Part shown: positions 37,031-47,402 of the stretch, in pieces
How the letters are laid out: every line of letters begins with the position of its first letter
How positions within the stretch are numbered: the stretch's first letter is position 1
From: a virus
Direction: 5' to 3' (one strand)
Length of the DNA stretch: 64,000 bases
Virus record (IMG/VR): IMGVR_UViG_3300005265_000549
Coordinates: 1 to 64,000 of that record
Position numbers and translations under genes: made by a program
The notes under the pieces: model-generated
Seen by the model: only the letters and a program-made list of their open reading frames with translations
Databases searched by the model: none
Told to the model about the DNA's origin: nothing

Positions 37031-37059
37031 TAATTAAAAACTTTTGAGGAGGAGTTTTT

Positions 37060-37566
37060 ATGATTATCAGAAAAAAGTATAAATTTGAATCCGCTCACAT
37101 TGTCAGAAATTGTTCATCAATTCGTTGTTCAGAATCAATTCATGGTCACTCATATATTGTAGAAGTTTTTATAAAATCAAATCATTTAGATAATGGTCAG
37201 ATGGTCTACGATTTTGGTTTAATGACTCCAATTAAAAATTTTATTGATAGATTTGATCATTCATATGTTTTTTGGAAAGATGAAAGTTCAGATTTTAAAA
37301 AATTTATTCGTCTTTTTTCTGATAGATGGATTGAAATGCCATTATCACCGACTGCTGAATGTTTTTCTTTAATATTTTTTAAATTTATAGATGAAATATT
37401 AAATAATACTAAATTTAAAAATGGTGAAAAACGAGTTGAACTTCATTCAGTAAGAGTACATGAAACAGCAACTGGTTATGCTGAATGTTTTAAAAATGAT
37501 ATGCATCTTATTAATAAATATGAAACAGAAGATATTAAATTTAGTGAATCTATAATGAAAGGATAA
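37060..37566 (+). CDS. queD: 6-carboxytetrahydropterin synthase
   Basis: FESAH, CxxxIHGHSY, DFG, FDH, PTAE, VHET. Confidence 0.92.
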   Translation: MIIRKKYKFESAHIVRNCSSIRCSESIHGHSYIVEVFIKSNHLDNGQMVYDFGLMTPIKNFIDRFDHSYVFWKDESSDFKKFIRLFSDRWIEMPLSPTAECFSLIFFKFIDEILNNTKFKNGEKRVELHSVRVHETATGYAECFKNDMHLINKYETEDIKFSESIMKG

Positions 37567-37569
37567 AAA

Positions 37570-38346
37570 ATGTTTGTTGATGAAATTTTTTATGGTTTAC
37601 AAGGAGAAGGAAATCGTATGGGTTTCCCATCTGTTTTTATTAGAATAGGAGGATGTAATTTATGTTGCAAAGGATTTGGTTGTAAAACCATTTCACCAAA
37701 AACAGGCGAAATATTATATGGTTGTGACACAATTCATGCAGCAAATACTGAACATTTTATTAGAACTTGGACAGATTATAAAAAATCTTTTGATATAATT
37801 AATATTGTTTTAAATCAAGTTCCTAAAAATCGTCCTTATAATGAAGAAAGAGTTGATATTATTTTTACTGGTGGAGAACCATTTTTATTCCATAAAAATA
37901 AAATAATGATTGAAGTTGTTGAATATTTTATATCAAGAGGACATAAAGTTTATTTTGAAACTAATGGAACAATTAATATTGATTTTAATGAATTTGATAT
38001 TTATAAAAAAGTTTCAATGAGTATAAGTGTAAAAATGAGCAATAGTGGTGAAGAAAAACGTAAAAGATGGAGACCAGAAGTCGTTAATAATTATCTAAAA
38101 CATACTAAAGATTCTTATTTTAAATTTGTTATGAGTAAAGATAATTTAGAAAATGAAAGTGATGAAATTTTTGAATTTCTTAGTTTAGTTCCTACTTATG
38201 GAACAGTTTATTGTATGCCTAAAGGTGAAACTCAAAAAGAATTAAAAGAAAATAGTAAAGCAATTTATGAATTTGTTTCTAAACAAGGTTTTCGTTATTC
38301 AGATAGATTACATATTAGAATTTTTAGTGATAAAAGAGGAGTTTAA
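37570..38346 (+). CDS. queE: 7-carboxy-7-deazaguanine synthase (radical SAM)
   Basis: EIFYGLQGEG, GCNLCC...GCDT, TGGEP, ETNGT, RLHI. Confidence 0.92.
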   Translation: MFVDEIFYGLQGEGNRMGFPSVFIRIGGCNLCCKGFGCKTISPKTGEILYGCDTIHAANTEHFIRTWTDYKKSFDIINIVLNQVPKNRPYNEERVDIIFTGGEPFLFHKNKIMIEVVEYFISRGHKVYFETNGTINIDFNEFDIYKKVSMSISVKMSNSGEEKRKRWRPEVVNNYLKHTKDSYFKFVMSKDNLENESDEIFEFLSLVPTYGTVYCMPKGETQKELKENSKAIYEFVSKQGFRYSDRLHIRIFSDKRGV

Positions 38347-38348
38347 AT

Positions 38349-38729
38349 ATGAATAAAAAACAATTTATTTTTACGACATTTCAACGTGAAGGATATCATT
38401 ATTATCCTGGAGCTAATATTAATTCAAAAACAGCAACAAATGATCGTTTTGATGTATCACATCTTGCTAATCTTCATATGCATTATTTTAATTTCAAAGT
38501 TTGGATTGAAGTCAAAGATACAAATAGAGAAATTGAATTTATTCAATTACGTCGATGGATTGAAGATTTATATACAAATGATACTTTAAAATTAGATTAT
38601 AAATCTTGTGAAATGATTTCAGATGATTTATATTATGAATTAAGTAAAAAATATTCTAATTTAGAAATTAGAATTGAAATTAGTGAAGAAGGTATTAATG
38701 GAAGTTTTACTGAATATAAGGTTAATTAA
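38349..38729 (+). CDS. QueD-paralogous T-fold protein (DpdL-like putative CDG decarboxylase)
   Basis: EGYH, LxxxHMHYF, REIEF, SCEMI, SEEGING. Confidence 0.6.
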   Translation: MNKKQFIFTTFQREGYHYYPGANINSKTATNDRFDVSHLANLHMHYFNFKVWIEVKDTNREIEFIQLRRWIEDLYTNDTLKLDYKSCEMISDDLYYELSKKYSNLEIRIEISEEGINGSFTEYKVN

Positions 38730-38731
38730 TA

Positions 38732-39787
38732 ATGAAACAATTTATAATTTTTTCATTAGAACAATTAGAATCTAGATATACAAAAGAATGGTTTGATCAT
38801 CTACCTTTATTATTTAATGATAAATTAGGTGATAAATTTGAAATTATTCAAATTAATGGTGAAACCACATCTAATGTTCCAACTCCTGGAGCATTTCTAG
38901 ATTTTGCCGCAACTAATTTATGGAAAAATGAACAAATAAATAAATTTTTTCATATGTTAGAAAATATAAAAAATGATGCTTTTATTTTATTTACTGATGC
39001 TTGGAATCCAACTATATTAGAAATAAAATATATTAAAGATTTATTGAAAAAAAATTGGACTATTATGTCTTTTTGGCATGCTGGATCTTATATTAATTCT
39101 GATCCCTTAGGACAATTAATTTCAGATAAAAATTGGTCTTATTCAGCAGAATTATCATTTTTTCATGCTTGTGATTATAATATTTTTGCCACAAATGATC
39201 ATATAAAACAATTTAAAAAAGTATTAAATATAGGAGAAAATTTTAATCATAAAATAATTCGATCAGGATTTCCAATGGAATATATTCAAAAAATTCCTTT
39301 TCTTAATATTGGGAAAAAAAATACGATTGTTTTTGCTGCAAGAAATTCTCCTGAAAAACAACCTGAGATTTTTGATATAATTTCAAAAAAATGTCCAGAA
39401 TATAAATGGGTTAATTGTCAACAAGAAAATTTTACAAAAAGTCAATATCATAATATTCTAGCAGAATCTAAAATATGTATTTCTTTTGCTTTATTAGAAA
39501 CTTTAGGAATTATTCAACATGAAGCCTTACAAGCTAGATCAATTCCTTTAGTTCCTAATCATTTATGTTATCCAGAAGAATATCTTCCTAATTGTAATTT
39601 TTTGTATGATGCTGATATCATAAAAGGTGAAATAAATTATTATAAAATTATTGAAATGATTCATAATTTCATAAATAATTATAATAAATATCAAAATGAA
39701 TTAGAAGAAAATTTAATATATCAAAGAAAAAATTATTTTTCATGTGATATTTTAATTCAAAAAATTAAAGGAGTTTATTATGAATGA
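38732..39787 (+). CDS. GT-B glycosyltransferase
   Basis: RNSPEKQPE, ETLGIIQHEA (Ex7E), YPE. Confidence 0.75.
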   Translation: MKQFIIFSLEQLESRYTKEWFDHLPLLFNDKLGDKFEIIQINGETTSNVPTPGAFLDFAATNLWKNEQINKFFHMLENIKNDAFILFTDAWNPTILEIKYIKDLLKKNWTIMSFWHAGSYINSDPLGQLISDKNWSYSAELSFFHACDYNIFATNDHIKQFKKVLNIGENFNHKIIRSGFPMEYIQKIPFLNIGKKNTIVFAARNSPEKQPEIFDIISKKCPEYKWVNCQQENFTKSQYHNILAESKICISFALLETLGIIQHEALQARSIPLVPNHLCYPEEYLPNCNFLYDADIIKGEINYYKIIEMIHNFINNYNKYQNELEENLIYQRKNYFSCDILIQKIKGVYYE

Positions 39788-40544
39788 AAATTTTGAATCA
39801 ATAGATTTAAAAGAGTTTTTATTAAAACATTGGTATGAAAAATATCATAATTATGAAAACTTTGAAAAAACAATGAATAATTATAAAAATTTACCAATCT
39901 TTAAAGCTAATGAAAATGTTTTTGAAATGGGTTATAAATTTGATGATGAAACTCATTTTCTTATGCGAATGATAACACAATATTTTATTACACAAGCTTT
40001 TAAAGCTATGAAAATTGATATGAATGATGATAATATAGCTGAAAATTTTAATGAAGAAAACATTGGAACACCTGGGAGAATTGCAAAAATTTGGTGTGGT
40101 AAAAATACTGAAGATGATTCAGAATTAGGTAGTGGTAGATGGTGTAAACCACCAAGATTAGCAAAATTTAAAAATGTAAACGATCAACATTTTGTGATTG
40201 AAAAAACAATCGAATTGACTTCAAGTTGTTCACATCATTTTCTTCCTTTTAGTACATTATTTAATGATAGATCTTTTTGTACTATTAAATATATTCCTAA
40301 AGATTATGTTATTGGAATCAGTAAATTAAAAAGATTTATTAATGATTTTATTGCTAAAAGATTTTATTTGCAAGAAGATTTAACAAAAAATATTGGTGAT
40401 GCTTTACAATATATTACACAATCTGATGATGTTTATGTTAAATTATATAAACTTCAACATAGTTGTGAAAAATTTCGTGGCGCTAAAGATTCTCAAGGTG
40501 CAATGACAACAGAATATAAAACAGGAAAATTTTTAAATGAATAA
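39780..40544 (+). CDS. folE: GTP cyclohydrolase I
   Basis: TPGRIAK, CSHHFLPF, GISKL, LQEDLT, HSCEKFRG. Confidence 0.92.
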   Translation: MNENFESIDLKEFLLKHWYEKYHNYENFEKTMNNYKNLPIFKANENVFEMGYKFDDETHFLMRMITQYFITQAFKAMKIDMNDDNIAENFNEENIGTPGRIAKIWCGKNTEDDSELGSGRWCKPPRLAKFKNVNDQHFVIEKTIELTSSCSHHFLPFSTLFNDRSFCTIKYIPKDYVIGISKLKRFINDFIAKRFYLQEDLTKNIGDALQYITQSDDVYVKLYKLQHSCEKFRGAKDSQGAMTTEYKTGKFLNE

Positions 40545-41799
40545 ATGCTCTTTCGAATATATTGCTTCAGGATGTAGTCATATTAGAATTGTTTTTAAAG
40601 AAGCTTATGAAAATAAAAATTGTTTAGCTTATTTAAAAAAATCTTTTAATTATCTTAATACTTTTTCTAAACATCATAAATTTTCTCTTTTGGCTAATGC
40701 TTGGACTGAACCTAATTTTGGTGAAATTTTCCAAAATTATAAACCAAGTATTAATCAAGTTATGTTAGATTCTGGTGGACTTCAAATTGTGACCCAAGGA
40801 ATGTTTATTACTGATAAAATTAAAGAAAAAATTTATTCTATTCAAAGTAAATGGTCTGATTCTGCTATGTGCTTTGATGAAATACCTCTTTCATTTAATG
40901 GTGATACATCTTCCAGAACTGATATTTCAAATAGATGGTTTGATAAAGATAAATTTAAAAATTGTGCTAAAATAACTGGAAAAAATGTTACTAGACAAAT
41001 TGAAATATTTTTAGATGAAAAAAGTCAAACAAAACCATTTGTTATTGTTCAAGGAAATTGTTTAGAAACATATTGTGAATGGATTGAATTAGTTCTAAAA
41101 GAAATTCCATTATCATATCATAAATATATTCAAGGTGTTGCTATGGGTGCTGCATCTTTAGGATATGGAGTTCTAGAAGACATTAAAAAAGCTTTCTATT
41201 TTACACAATTACCAATAGAATGTAATAATCTACATATTTTAGGAGTTGGATCAATATCTAGATTACTTCCATTTATAATTTTTTCACAATCAGGATTATA
41301 TAAAAATATCCACATTTCATATGATTCTTCTACACACACTTCAGGAATAAATATGGGTAGATATTTTATTAATGGTAAAAACTTTAATTTTCCTAAAGTT
41401 TTAGATCATAAAATTTGGAATATTATGTATGAAGATGTTAAGAAAAACGGATTTTCTAATAATGAATCCATCAAACATTTTTTTATTCCTTTTTCTATAC
41501 CAAGTATGGAATTTAAAGAAAAATATGGTTCTAGAGTTCCTTTTATAAAAATTATTAATTCAGTTTTTTGCTCAATAATAAAAAATTTTATAACAGAAGT
41601 TGATAAATGTTTTGATGAAAAATCTTATTTGATAAATAAATATACAAATGTGAAAACAAAAAATAGTTTTCTTTCATTGTATAACATTAAAAATAAAGAA
41701 GATTTTAAAAGTTGGGAGAAAAATATTAGTCGATTTATTAATTCAAAATTTATCGCTTCACACAAAAGAAAAGAAACAGATTTAGATAATTTATTTTAG
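40537..41799 (+). CDS. TGT-like deazaguanine DNA transglycosylase (DpdA-like)
   Basis: LDSGGLQ, FDEIP, VQG, HILGVG, SYDSSTH; adjacent to folE/queD/queE. Confidence 0.75.
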   Translation: MNKCSFEYIASGCSHIRIVFKEAYENKNCLAYLKKSFNYLNTFSKHHKFSLLANAWTEPNFGEIFQNYKPSINQVMLDSGGLQIVTQGMFITDKIKEKIYSIQSKWSDSAMCFDEIPLSFNGDTSSRTDISNRWFDKDKFKNCAKITGKNVTRQIEIFLDEKSQTKPFVIVQGNCLETYCEWIELVLKEIPLSYHKYIQGVAMGAASLGYGVLEDIKKAFYFTQLPIECNNLHILGVGSISRLLPFIIFSQSGLYKNIHISYDSSTHTSGINMGRYFINGKNFNFPKVLDHKIWNIMYEDVKKNGFSNNESIKHFFIPFSIPSMEFKEKYGSRVPFIKIINSVFCSIIKNFITEVDKCFDEKSYLINKYTNVKTKNSFLSLYNIKNKEDFKSWEKNISRFINSKFIASHKRKETDLDNLF

Positions 41800-41808
41800 G
41801 GAGAAAAA

Positions 41809-42252
41809 ATGAAAACGTATAAAGAACAAATGGAAGCTGAAATATTAGAACAAGAAAATGTTGATGATGAACTTTATGATAAAATTTTAGATTTTTTAAT
41901 TAGTTTAGATCCTGATGTTTTACCAGAAGATCAGGCTGATCTTCTTCATGAAATCTTAGATGAATTATTTGATGATTTTGATGATCTTTATGATGATGAT
42001 GATGTTGGCGATGGCGATGAAATTGAAGGTGAAACTATTACAACTGAAGCTTTTGCTGCAAAGAAAAAAAGAATTTCACCCGCTGAAAAAAATAAACGTA
42101 AAAGATTATATCGTAAAAATAAATCAAAAATTAAGATGAAAGCTAAAAAACGTAGAAAGACAGCTTCTTTCAAACGTTATAAAAAGAAAGCAAAAAGAAT
42201 GGCTAAAAAAGGTAAGACTGCTTCAGGTAAACGTCGTACTAAATTTATCTAA
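41809..42252 (+). CDS. prohead core or internal-protein-like (acidic N-terminus, basic C-terminus)
   Basis: MKTYKEQMEAEILE leader; D-rich then K/R-rich; GATAAATA at about 41631. Confidence 0.55.
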   Translation: MKTYKEQMEAEILEQENVDDELYDKILDFLISLDPDVLPEDQADLLHEILDELFDDFDDLYDDDDVGDGDEIEGETITTEAFAAKKKRISPAEKNKRKRLYRKNKSKIKMKAKKRRKTASFKRYKKKAKRMAKKGKTASGKRRTKFI

Positions 42253-42381
42253 TTGTTACTTATAATATATATTTAAGCTGTTTTGTTTAGAATAGTTAAC
42301 ACTTTTAATATAATTTACAAAAAGTGATTTATCATATATAATATATTTTTAACTTTTAATATGAATGAGGAGATTTAAAAT

Positions 42382-43047
42382 ATGAATTTATCAAACCAAA
42401 CTATCAATTTCTTAAAAAACTTTGCTTTAATTAATAATTCAATACATATTGATGAAGAGGGTTATTTAAAAACAAAAACACCCAATGCTTCAAATATTAT
42501 TGGTATTGCTAAAATTGATGAAAAATTACCAACACTTTCAATATATTCTTTAGATGAATTATTAGGTTCAATGTCATTATTTGAACAATCAAATATTGAA
42601 TATACTATTAATGATGATTATATTATCATGACAGATGGTAAAATGAAAATTAATTATCGTTTATCTGACCCCGAACATATTTTAACAAAATGTAAAGCTG
42701 CTAAACAATATGAAGAATATGATGATTTTGATTGTTCTTTTAAATTAACTGAAGAACAATTAATTTCTATTCAAAAAGCATCTAGAATTTTAAAAGCTGA
42801 TGCTTTTTGTATTGATATGAAAAATGGTCAAGGTAAAATCAGTTTAATTAATTCTGAATTACCGATGACAAATAGTTTTGAGTTAGAAGTAAAAGGTAAA
42901 GGTGAAAGTTCAGTAAAAATCTGGGTTGATAATCTTTTAATTATGAATTCTGATTATACTGTAAATGTTTCCAATAATAAAGTTGTAAAATTTTCAAGTG
43001 ATTCATTACCGGTTTTTTATATGTTAGCTACTGCAATTCTTAATTAA
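42382..43047 (+). CDS. gp45: sliding clamp
   Basis: MNLSNQTINFLKNFALINNSI, IYSLDELL; first gene of the 45-44-62-regA order. Confidence 0.88.
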   Translation: MNLSNQTINFLKNFALINNSIHIDEEGYLKTKTPNASNIIGIAKIDEKLPTLSIYSLDELLGSMSLFEQSNIEYTINDDYIIMTDGKMKINYRLSDPEHILTKCKAAKQYEEYDDFDCSFKLTEEQLISIQKASRILKADAFCIDMKNGQGKISLINSELPMTNSFELEVKGKGESSVKIWVDNLLIMNSDYTVNVSNNKVVKFSSDSLPVFYMLATAILN

Positions 43048-43061
43048 TTGAAAGGAATAAG

Positions 43062-44027
43062 ATGACAGAAACTTTACATGGAAGATTATTTGATGATTTC
43101 ATCTGGGGATTAAAATATAGACCAAGATTTATTGATGATTTAGTATTACCAAAAAGAATTAAAATTTATATTAAAAATATTATTGATAGTGAAAGAATTC
43201 CTAATATGTTATTATCTGGTCCTGCTGGTACTGGAAAAACTTCAGCAGCTATTGTTATGTGTTGCGCATTAGATTTAGAATATCTTTATATTAATGCTAG
43301 TGAACAAACAGGAATTGATGTCTTAAGAACAAATGTTAGACAATTTATTACTAATAAATCTTGGGATGATAATGGAAAAATTGTTATTTTAGATGAATTT
43401 GATCGAGCTAGTCCTCAATTTCAAGATGCATTAAAATCAACTTTAGAACAATTTTCTAAATCATGTAATTTTATTTTTATATCAAATCATAAAAATAAGA
43501 TTATTGCACCACTTCAATCAAGATTACAAACTATTGAATTTAAATTTTCTTTAGAAGAAACAAATAAATTAAAAAAAGAATTCTTTAAAAAATGTATTGA
43601 AATTTTAAAGAAAGAAAAAGTAAAATATTCAGATAAAATTGTTGCACAAATAGTTAATAATATTTTCCCAGATATGAGAAAAATATTAAATGAATTACAA
43701 AAATTATCTCAACAAGATCAATTAGATAATTTTGATGCTATTAACAATATTATTACAGATGTTGATGATTATTATAAAATAATAAAATCAAGAAAATATA
43801 AAGATCTTTTAAAATATATTGCTCAATTACCAGGAGATCCTCAAGGATTTTATGCTAATCTTTATGATTCAGCATTAAAATATATTACTTCAGAATCTGT
43901 TCCAGATTTTATTATTTTATTAGGAAAATATTCATATGAATCAGCTTTCGTTGTAGACTCAAGAATTAATATTGCTTCATTTTCAACTGAAGTAATGACT
44001 AATTGTAAGATAAAAGAAGAACTTTAA
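43062..44027 (+). CDS. gp44: clamp loader ATPase subunit
   Basis: KYRP, GPAGTGKT, INAS, ILDEFD, PLQSR, FPDMRK. Confidence 0.93.
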   Translation: MTETLHGRLFDDFIWGLKYRPRFIDDLVLPKRIKIYIKNIIDSERIPNMLLSGPAGTGKTSAAIVMCCALDLEYLYINASEQTGIDVLRTNVRQFITNKSWDDNGKIVILDEFDRASPQFQDALKSTLEQFSKSCNFIFISNHKNKIIAPLQSRLQTIEFKFSLEETNKLKKEFFKKCIEILKKEKVKYSDKIVAQIVNNIFPDMRKILNELQKLSQQDQLDNFDAINNIITDVDDYYKIIKSRKYKDLLKYIAQLPGDPQGFYANLYDSALKYITSESVPDFIILLGKYSYESAFVVDSRINIASFSTEVMTNCKIKEEL

Positions 44028-44028
44028 T

Positions 44029-44448
44029 ATGAAAATAATGGAAAAAGATAATGTAAATTTGTTTGATTTTTTAAAATCTATTTCTGAAACAAAAGAAGAA
44101 TTATTTGAATTAGAAGATTTTGAGAAAAAATATCCTTCATTCATGGTTAATAGATTTTTATGTGCTTTACAAGAAACTTTATTTTTTTCAAATATAATGT
44201 CACAAATGTCACATTTACCAAAAATATTACAATACGCTTTTTATTTTTATGGAATAGAAAAAAAGCGTAGATATTTTCATTATGAAGGAAAAGGAAAAGG
44301 AAATAAAACTGAAGATATAAACAGTATTGTTAAATATTATCAATGTAATAGAGAACAAGCTATTGAATATCAAAACATTTTAACTAAAGAACAAATTGAA
44401 TTAATAAAAAATATTTATTCAAAAAGAATAGAAAGGGATAGAAGATGA
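44029..44448 (+). CDS. gp62: clamp loader small subunit
   Basis: LFDFLKSI, YPSFMVNRFL, LQYAF, KYYQCN. Confidence 0.85.
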   Translation: MKIMEKDNVNLFDFLKSISETKEELFELEDFEKKYPSFMVNRFLCALQETLFFSNIMSQMSHLPKILQYAFYFYGIEKKRRYFHYEGKGKGNKTEDINSIVKYYQCNREQAIEYQNILTKEQIELIKNIYSKRIERDRR

Positions 44449-44819
44449 ATAAAATTCCAGGAATTGAAATTTCATTAAAAGAACATTTTTCTATTGTAAG
44501 AGAATCACTTGATAGAATTGGAATTGCTAATAAAGAGAAAAAAATTTTAAATCCAAGTTGTTATTTATTACATAAACGAGGAAAATATTACATTATTCAT
44601 TTTAAAAATCTTTTACAATTAGATGGAAAACGAACTAATTATTCAGAAGAAGATGATATCAGACAATCATCTATTGCTAGATTATTAGAAAATTGGGGGT
44701 TAATTTCTATTAAAAATAAAGAAGAATTAAATGAAAAAAATACTTTTGTTTTTGTATTACCATATTCAATGAAAAAGAATTGGACAATTATTCATAAATA
44801 TTCAATTGGTAAAAAATAA
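44445..44819 (+). CDS. regA: translational repressor RegA
   Basis: RESLDRIGIA, LHKRGKYYIIHFK, IARLLENWGL, KYSIG. Confidence 0.93.
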   Translation: MNKIPGIEISLKEHFSIVRESLDRIGIANKEKKILNPSCYLLHKRGKYYIIHFKNLLQLDGKRTNYSEEDDIRQSSIARLLENWGLISIKNKEELNEKNTFVFVLPYSMKKNWTIIHKYSIGKK

Positions 44820-44821
44820 GT

Positions 44822-45397
44822 ATGAGTCAAATTTGGTTTTCTTCTGATTTTCATTTTTATCATTTTAATATTTTAAAATATTGTAATAGACCTTTTAAAA
44901 ATTTAGAAGAAATGCATATTACTATTTTAAATAATATAAATTCAACTGTGAATGAAAATGATATTTTTTTCATTGTTGGTGATATGACAATAAAACGTGG
45001 AAGTAAACATAAACCTTATCTTTCAAAATTATTTGGAGAATTACCAGGACAAAAACATTTGATTGTTGGAAATCATGATTATTACACAAGAAAATTTTAT
45101 ATTGAACAATGTGGTTTTTTAAGTGTTAATAGAAAAATCACAACTAAACAATATATAATTACTCATGATCCAAAAGATTTTGGTGGAGAATGTATTTTTG
45201 AAAATAAAATTTTAATCCATGGACATACTCATACACATCATCCAGTTTTATTATTTAATGAATTATCAATGTTAAATGGAGAAGCAACCTATGATGTTGG
45301 TGTTGATGCAAATAATTTCAAACCAGTTTCTTTAAAATATATCAAAGAATATTTTAAAAAACCTTACGAAAGAAAACCAAAATATTCTACAAATTAA
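44822..45397 (+). CDS. calcineurin-like metallophosphoesterase
   Basis: SDFHF, GD, GNHD, HGHTH, DVGVD. Confidence 0.88.
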   Translation: MSQIWFSSDFHFYHFNILKYCNRPFKNLEEMHITILNNINSTVNENDIFFIVGDMTIKRGSKHKPYLSKLFGELPGQKHLIVGNHDYYTRKFYIEQCGFLSVNRKITTKQYIITHDPKDFGGECIFENKILIHGHTHTHHPVLLFNELSMLNGEATYDVGVDANNFKPVSLKYIKEYFKKPYERKPKYSTN

Positions 45398-45434
45398 TAT
45401 TTTTTTGTTATAATGTAAATAAAAAGGATAAAAG

Positions 45435-46358
45435 ATGTCAAAAATATTTAACGGTGAGCCTTTTGTTTTATTAACCCATTATGATTTAGATGGAGTTGGT
45501 TGTGCATTACTTTTAGAAAAAGTAGCACAAGATCAAATTTTAAATATGACTCCAACTGGTTATAATTCAATTGAAAAAAATGTTAAAAAATTCAATAATA
45601 ATAAAAATTTAATAATTACTGATTTTTCTCCTCATCAAAATATAATTGATATTTTAAATGAAAAATTTGAAAATGTTATTATTATTGATCATCATTTAAG
45701 TTCTTTAGAAGTAGATTTTCCCAAACATTGGAAAACATATATTAACATGAAAGCTTCCGGAACTAAATTATTATATCTTTATCTTAAAAAATTAGGTTAT
45801 AATTTAGAAGGAACAAAACAATTCGTTGAATGTGTTAATGATTATGATTATGTGATGTGGGAAAATATAGATCATTTTAATGATGAAAAACAAAGATGGA
45901 TGAATGCGATATATTTAAATAATATATTTTGGAATTTAAAATTCTTTCCATTTAATCAAAAATTTAAAAACTTTTCATGGACTCCAAATTTATGGAAAAA
46001 AGCTAAAGATCTACAAAATATTAAAGAGCGTGAAATTTCAGAATTTGATAATTATTTAATTGATGATTTTCTACGAATTGTTATGGCGAAAAATTATATA
46101 AGTGATATTTCTTTATTTTACACAAATGAAAAACATTTTGTTATAATGAGGAATAAAAATGAAATGAGTTTTAGATCTAAATTTAATCTAAAATCGTTTT
46201 ATACACAATTAAATGATATAGGTATTCCTGCTGGGGGACATAAAAATGCTGGTGGTGTAAATTTAAAAAATACTGATTATGCTGGTAAAGAGATGGAAGT
46301 GATTGAATTATTTTATAATTTTTTAAAGGAGAATATGAATGGACAAGCAAACAAATAA
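45435..46358 (+). CDS. DHH-family phosphoesterase
   Basis: HYDLDG, TD, IDHH, GGHKNAGG. Confidence 0.85.
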   Translation: MSKIFNGEPFVLLTHYDLDGVGCALLLEKVAQDQILNMTPTGYNSIEKNVKKFNNNKNLIITDFSPHQNIIDILNEKFENVIIIDHHLSSLEVDFPKHWKTYINMKASGTKLLYLYLKKLGYNLEGTKQFVECVNDYDYVMWENIDHFNDEKQRWMNAIYLNNIFWNLKFFPFNQKFKNFSWTPNLWKKAKDLQNIKEREISEFDNYLIDDFLRIVMAKNYISDISLFYTNEKHFVIMRNKNEMSFRSKFNLKSFYTQLNDIGIPAGGHKNAGGVNLKNTDYAGKEMEVIELFYNFLKENMNGQANK

Positions 46359-46488
46359 AGAATATATGAAAAATGATCAATTCATTAAAGATTGTAAAAA
46401 AGTTGGTATTGAACCAACTAGTCGTCAAGCATCAAAATATAAAATGAAAAAAGGAAAAGTATATAAAACATTAAATAAATTATTTTAA
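46339..46488 (+). CDS. small basic protein not in the ORF track
   Basis: MDKQTNKEY...GIEPTSRQASKYKMKKG; AAGGAG upstream. Confidence 0.5.
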   Translation: MDKQTNKEYMKNDQFIKDCKKVGIEPTSRQASKYKMKKGKVYKTLNKLF

Positions 46489-46499
46489 AAAGGAAATAT

Positions 46500-46733
46500 A
46501 TGAATTCAAAAGTATTTATTAAAAAGGTATATAACAGTTTTAAAATTGATAAAATGAATATTTTTGAAACTATTTTAGCAATTCAAGAAAAATATAATTT
46601 AACAGTTGAAGAAATAGTTGAAATATTAAAAGAAGAAAAAACTTTATTAAAAGATTTAGAATCACATTGTTTAAAGAATGGTTTATTAAAGAATAATAAT
46701 AAAATATTTAATATTGATAATTTATTTTTATGA
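46500..46733 (+). CDS. gp33: probable late transcription co-activator
   Basis: Size and 33-59-32 synteny; C-terminal NIDNLFL resembles a clamp-binding tail. Confidence 0.55.
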   Translation: MNSKVFIKKVYNSFKIDKMNIFETILAIQEKYNLTVEEIVEILKEEKTLLKDLESHCLKNGLLKNNNKIFNIDNLFL

Positions 46734-47362
46734 AAATAACTGGTTTCAATGCTTATGTAATTTATATTGCTATTAAAAATATTCATTTTTCAAATAGTAA
46801 ATTTGACATCACAAAACATAAAGAAATTCCTTTTAAAGATAAATTAATAAATAACTGGAATAAAACTCGAAGATTAAAAGATGGTAATAAATTTTATGAA
46901 ATAGAAAAAAAATTCAATACATTAAACAGTTTAACTTTCTTATATAGTTCTTATTATATTCATAATTCAAATTTTTATATTCAAGAAATTTTAGAAGATA
47001 ATTTTAATAAAGTTAAGAAAAATTTAGCTGAATTAAAAAATATTAAAGACATTTACACAAATGATTTTTATGATGTTATAATATATTGTAAAGAAAATAA
47101 TTTAAAAGCAAAAGATCTATTTTTTAATGAAGGACGAATTCCTCCAATATTTAATTTAGATATATCGATAAATAGTTTAATAATTTTAAATGAATTATTT
47201 GATATTGTTAAATTAAATGAAAAAAATAAAATTAATGATCTTGAGAAAGAGAGGTGGTTATCTTTTAAAATAATATTGAATAAATACAAACTTATAATTA
47301 ACAATTTTATTACTCAAGAAAATTGGAAAAAAATAACTAATAATATAATAAAAAAAAATTAG
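46730..47362 (+). CDS. gp59: probable helicase loader
   Basis: TGFNAYVIYIAIKNIHFS...FD; synteny. Confidence 0.7.
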   Translation: MKITGFNAYVIYIAIKNIHFSNSKFDITKHKEIPFKDKLINNWNKTRRLKDGNKFYEIEKKFNTLNSLTFLYSSYYIHNSNFYIQEILEDNFNKVKKNLAELKNIKDIYTNDFYDVIIYCKENNLKAKDLFFNEGRIPPIFNLDISINSLIILNELFDIVKLNEKNKINDLEKERWLSFKIILNKYKLIINNFITQENWKKITNNIIKKN

Positions 47363-47402
47363 TCATGCCGTAAGGTGGACGAAAAATTAAAAGGAAATAA
47401 AA

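Noticed and set aside
47362-47402. T4-type gp32 autoregulatory pseudoknot
   Set aside because: Only a small hairpin (GCC-GTAA-GGT) is visible; a second stem could not be supported.
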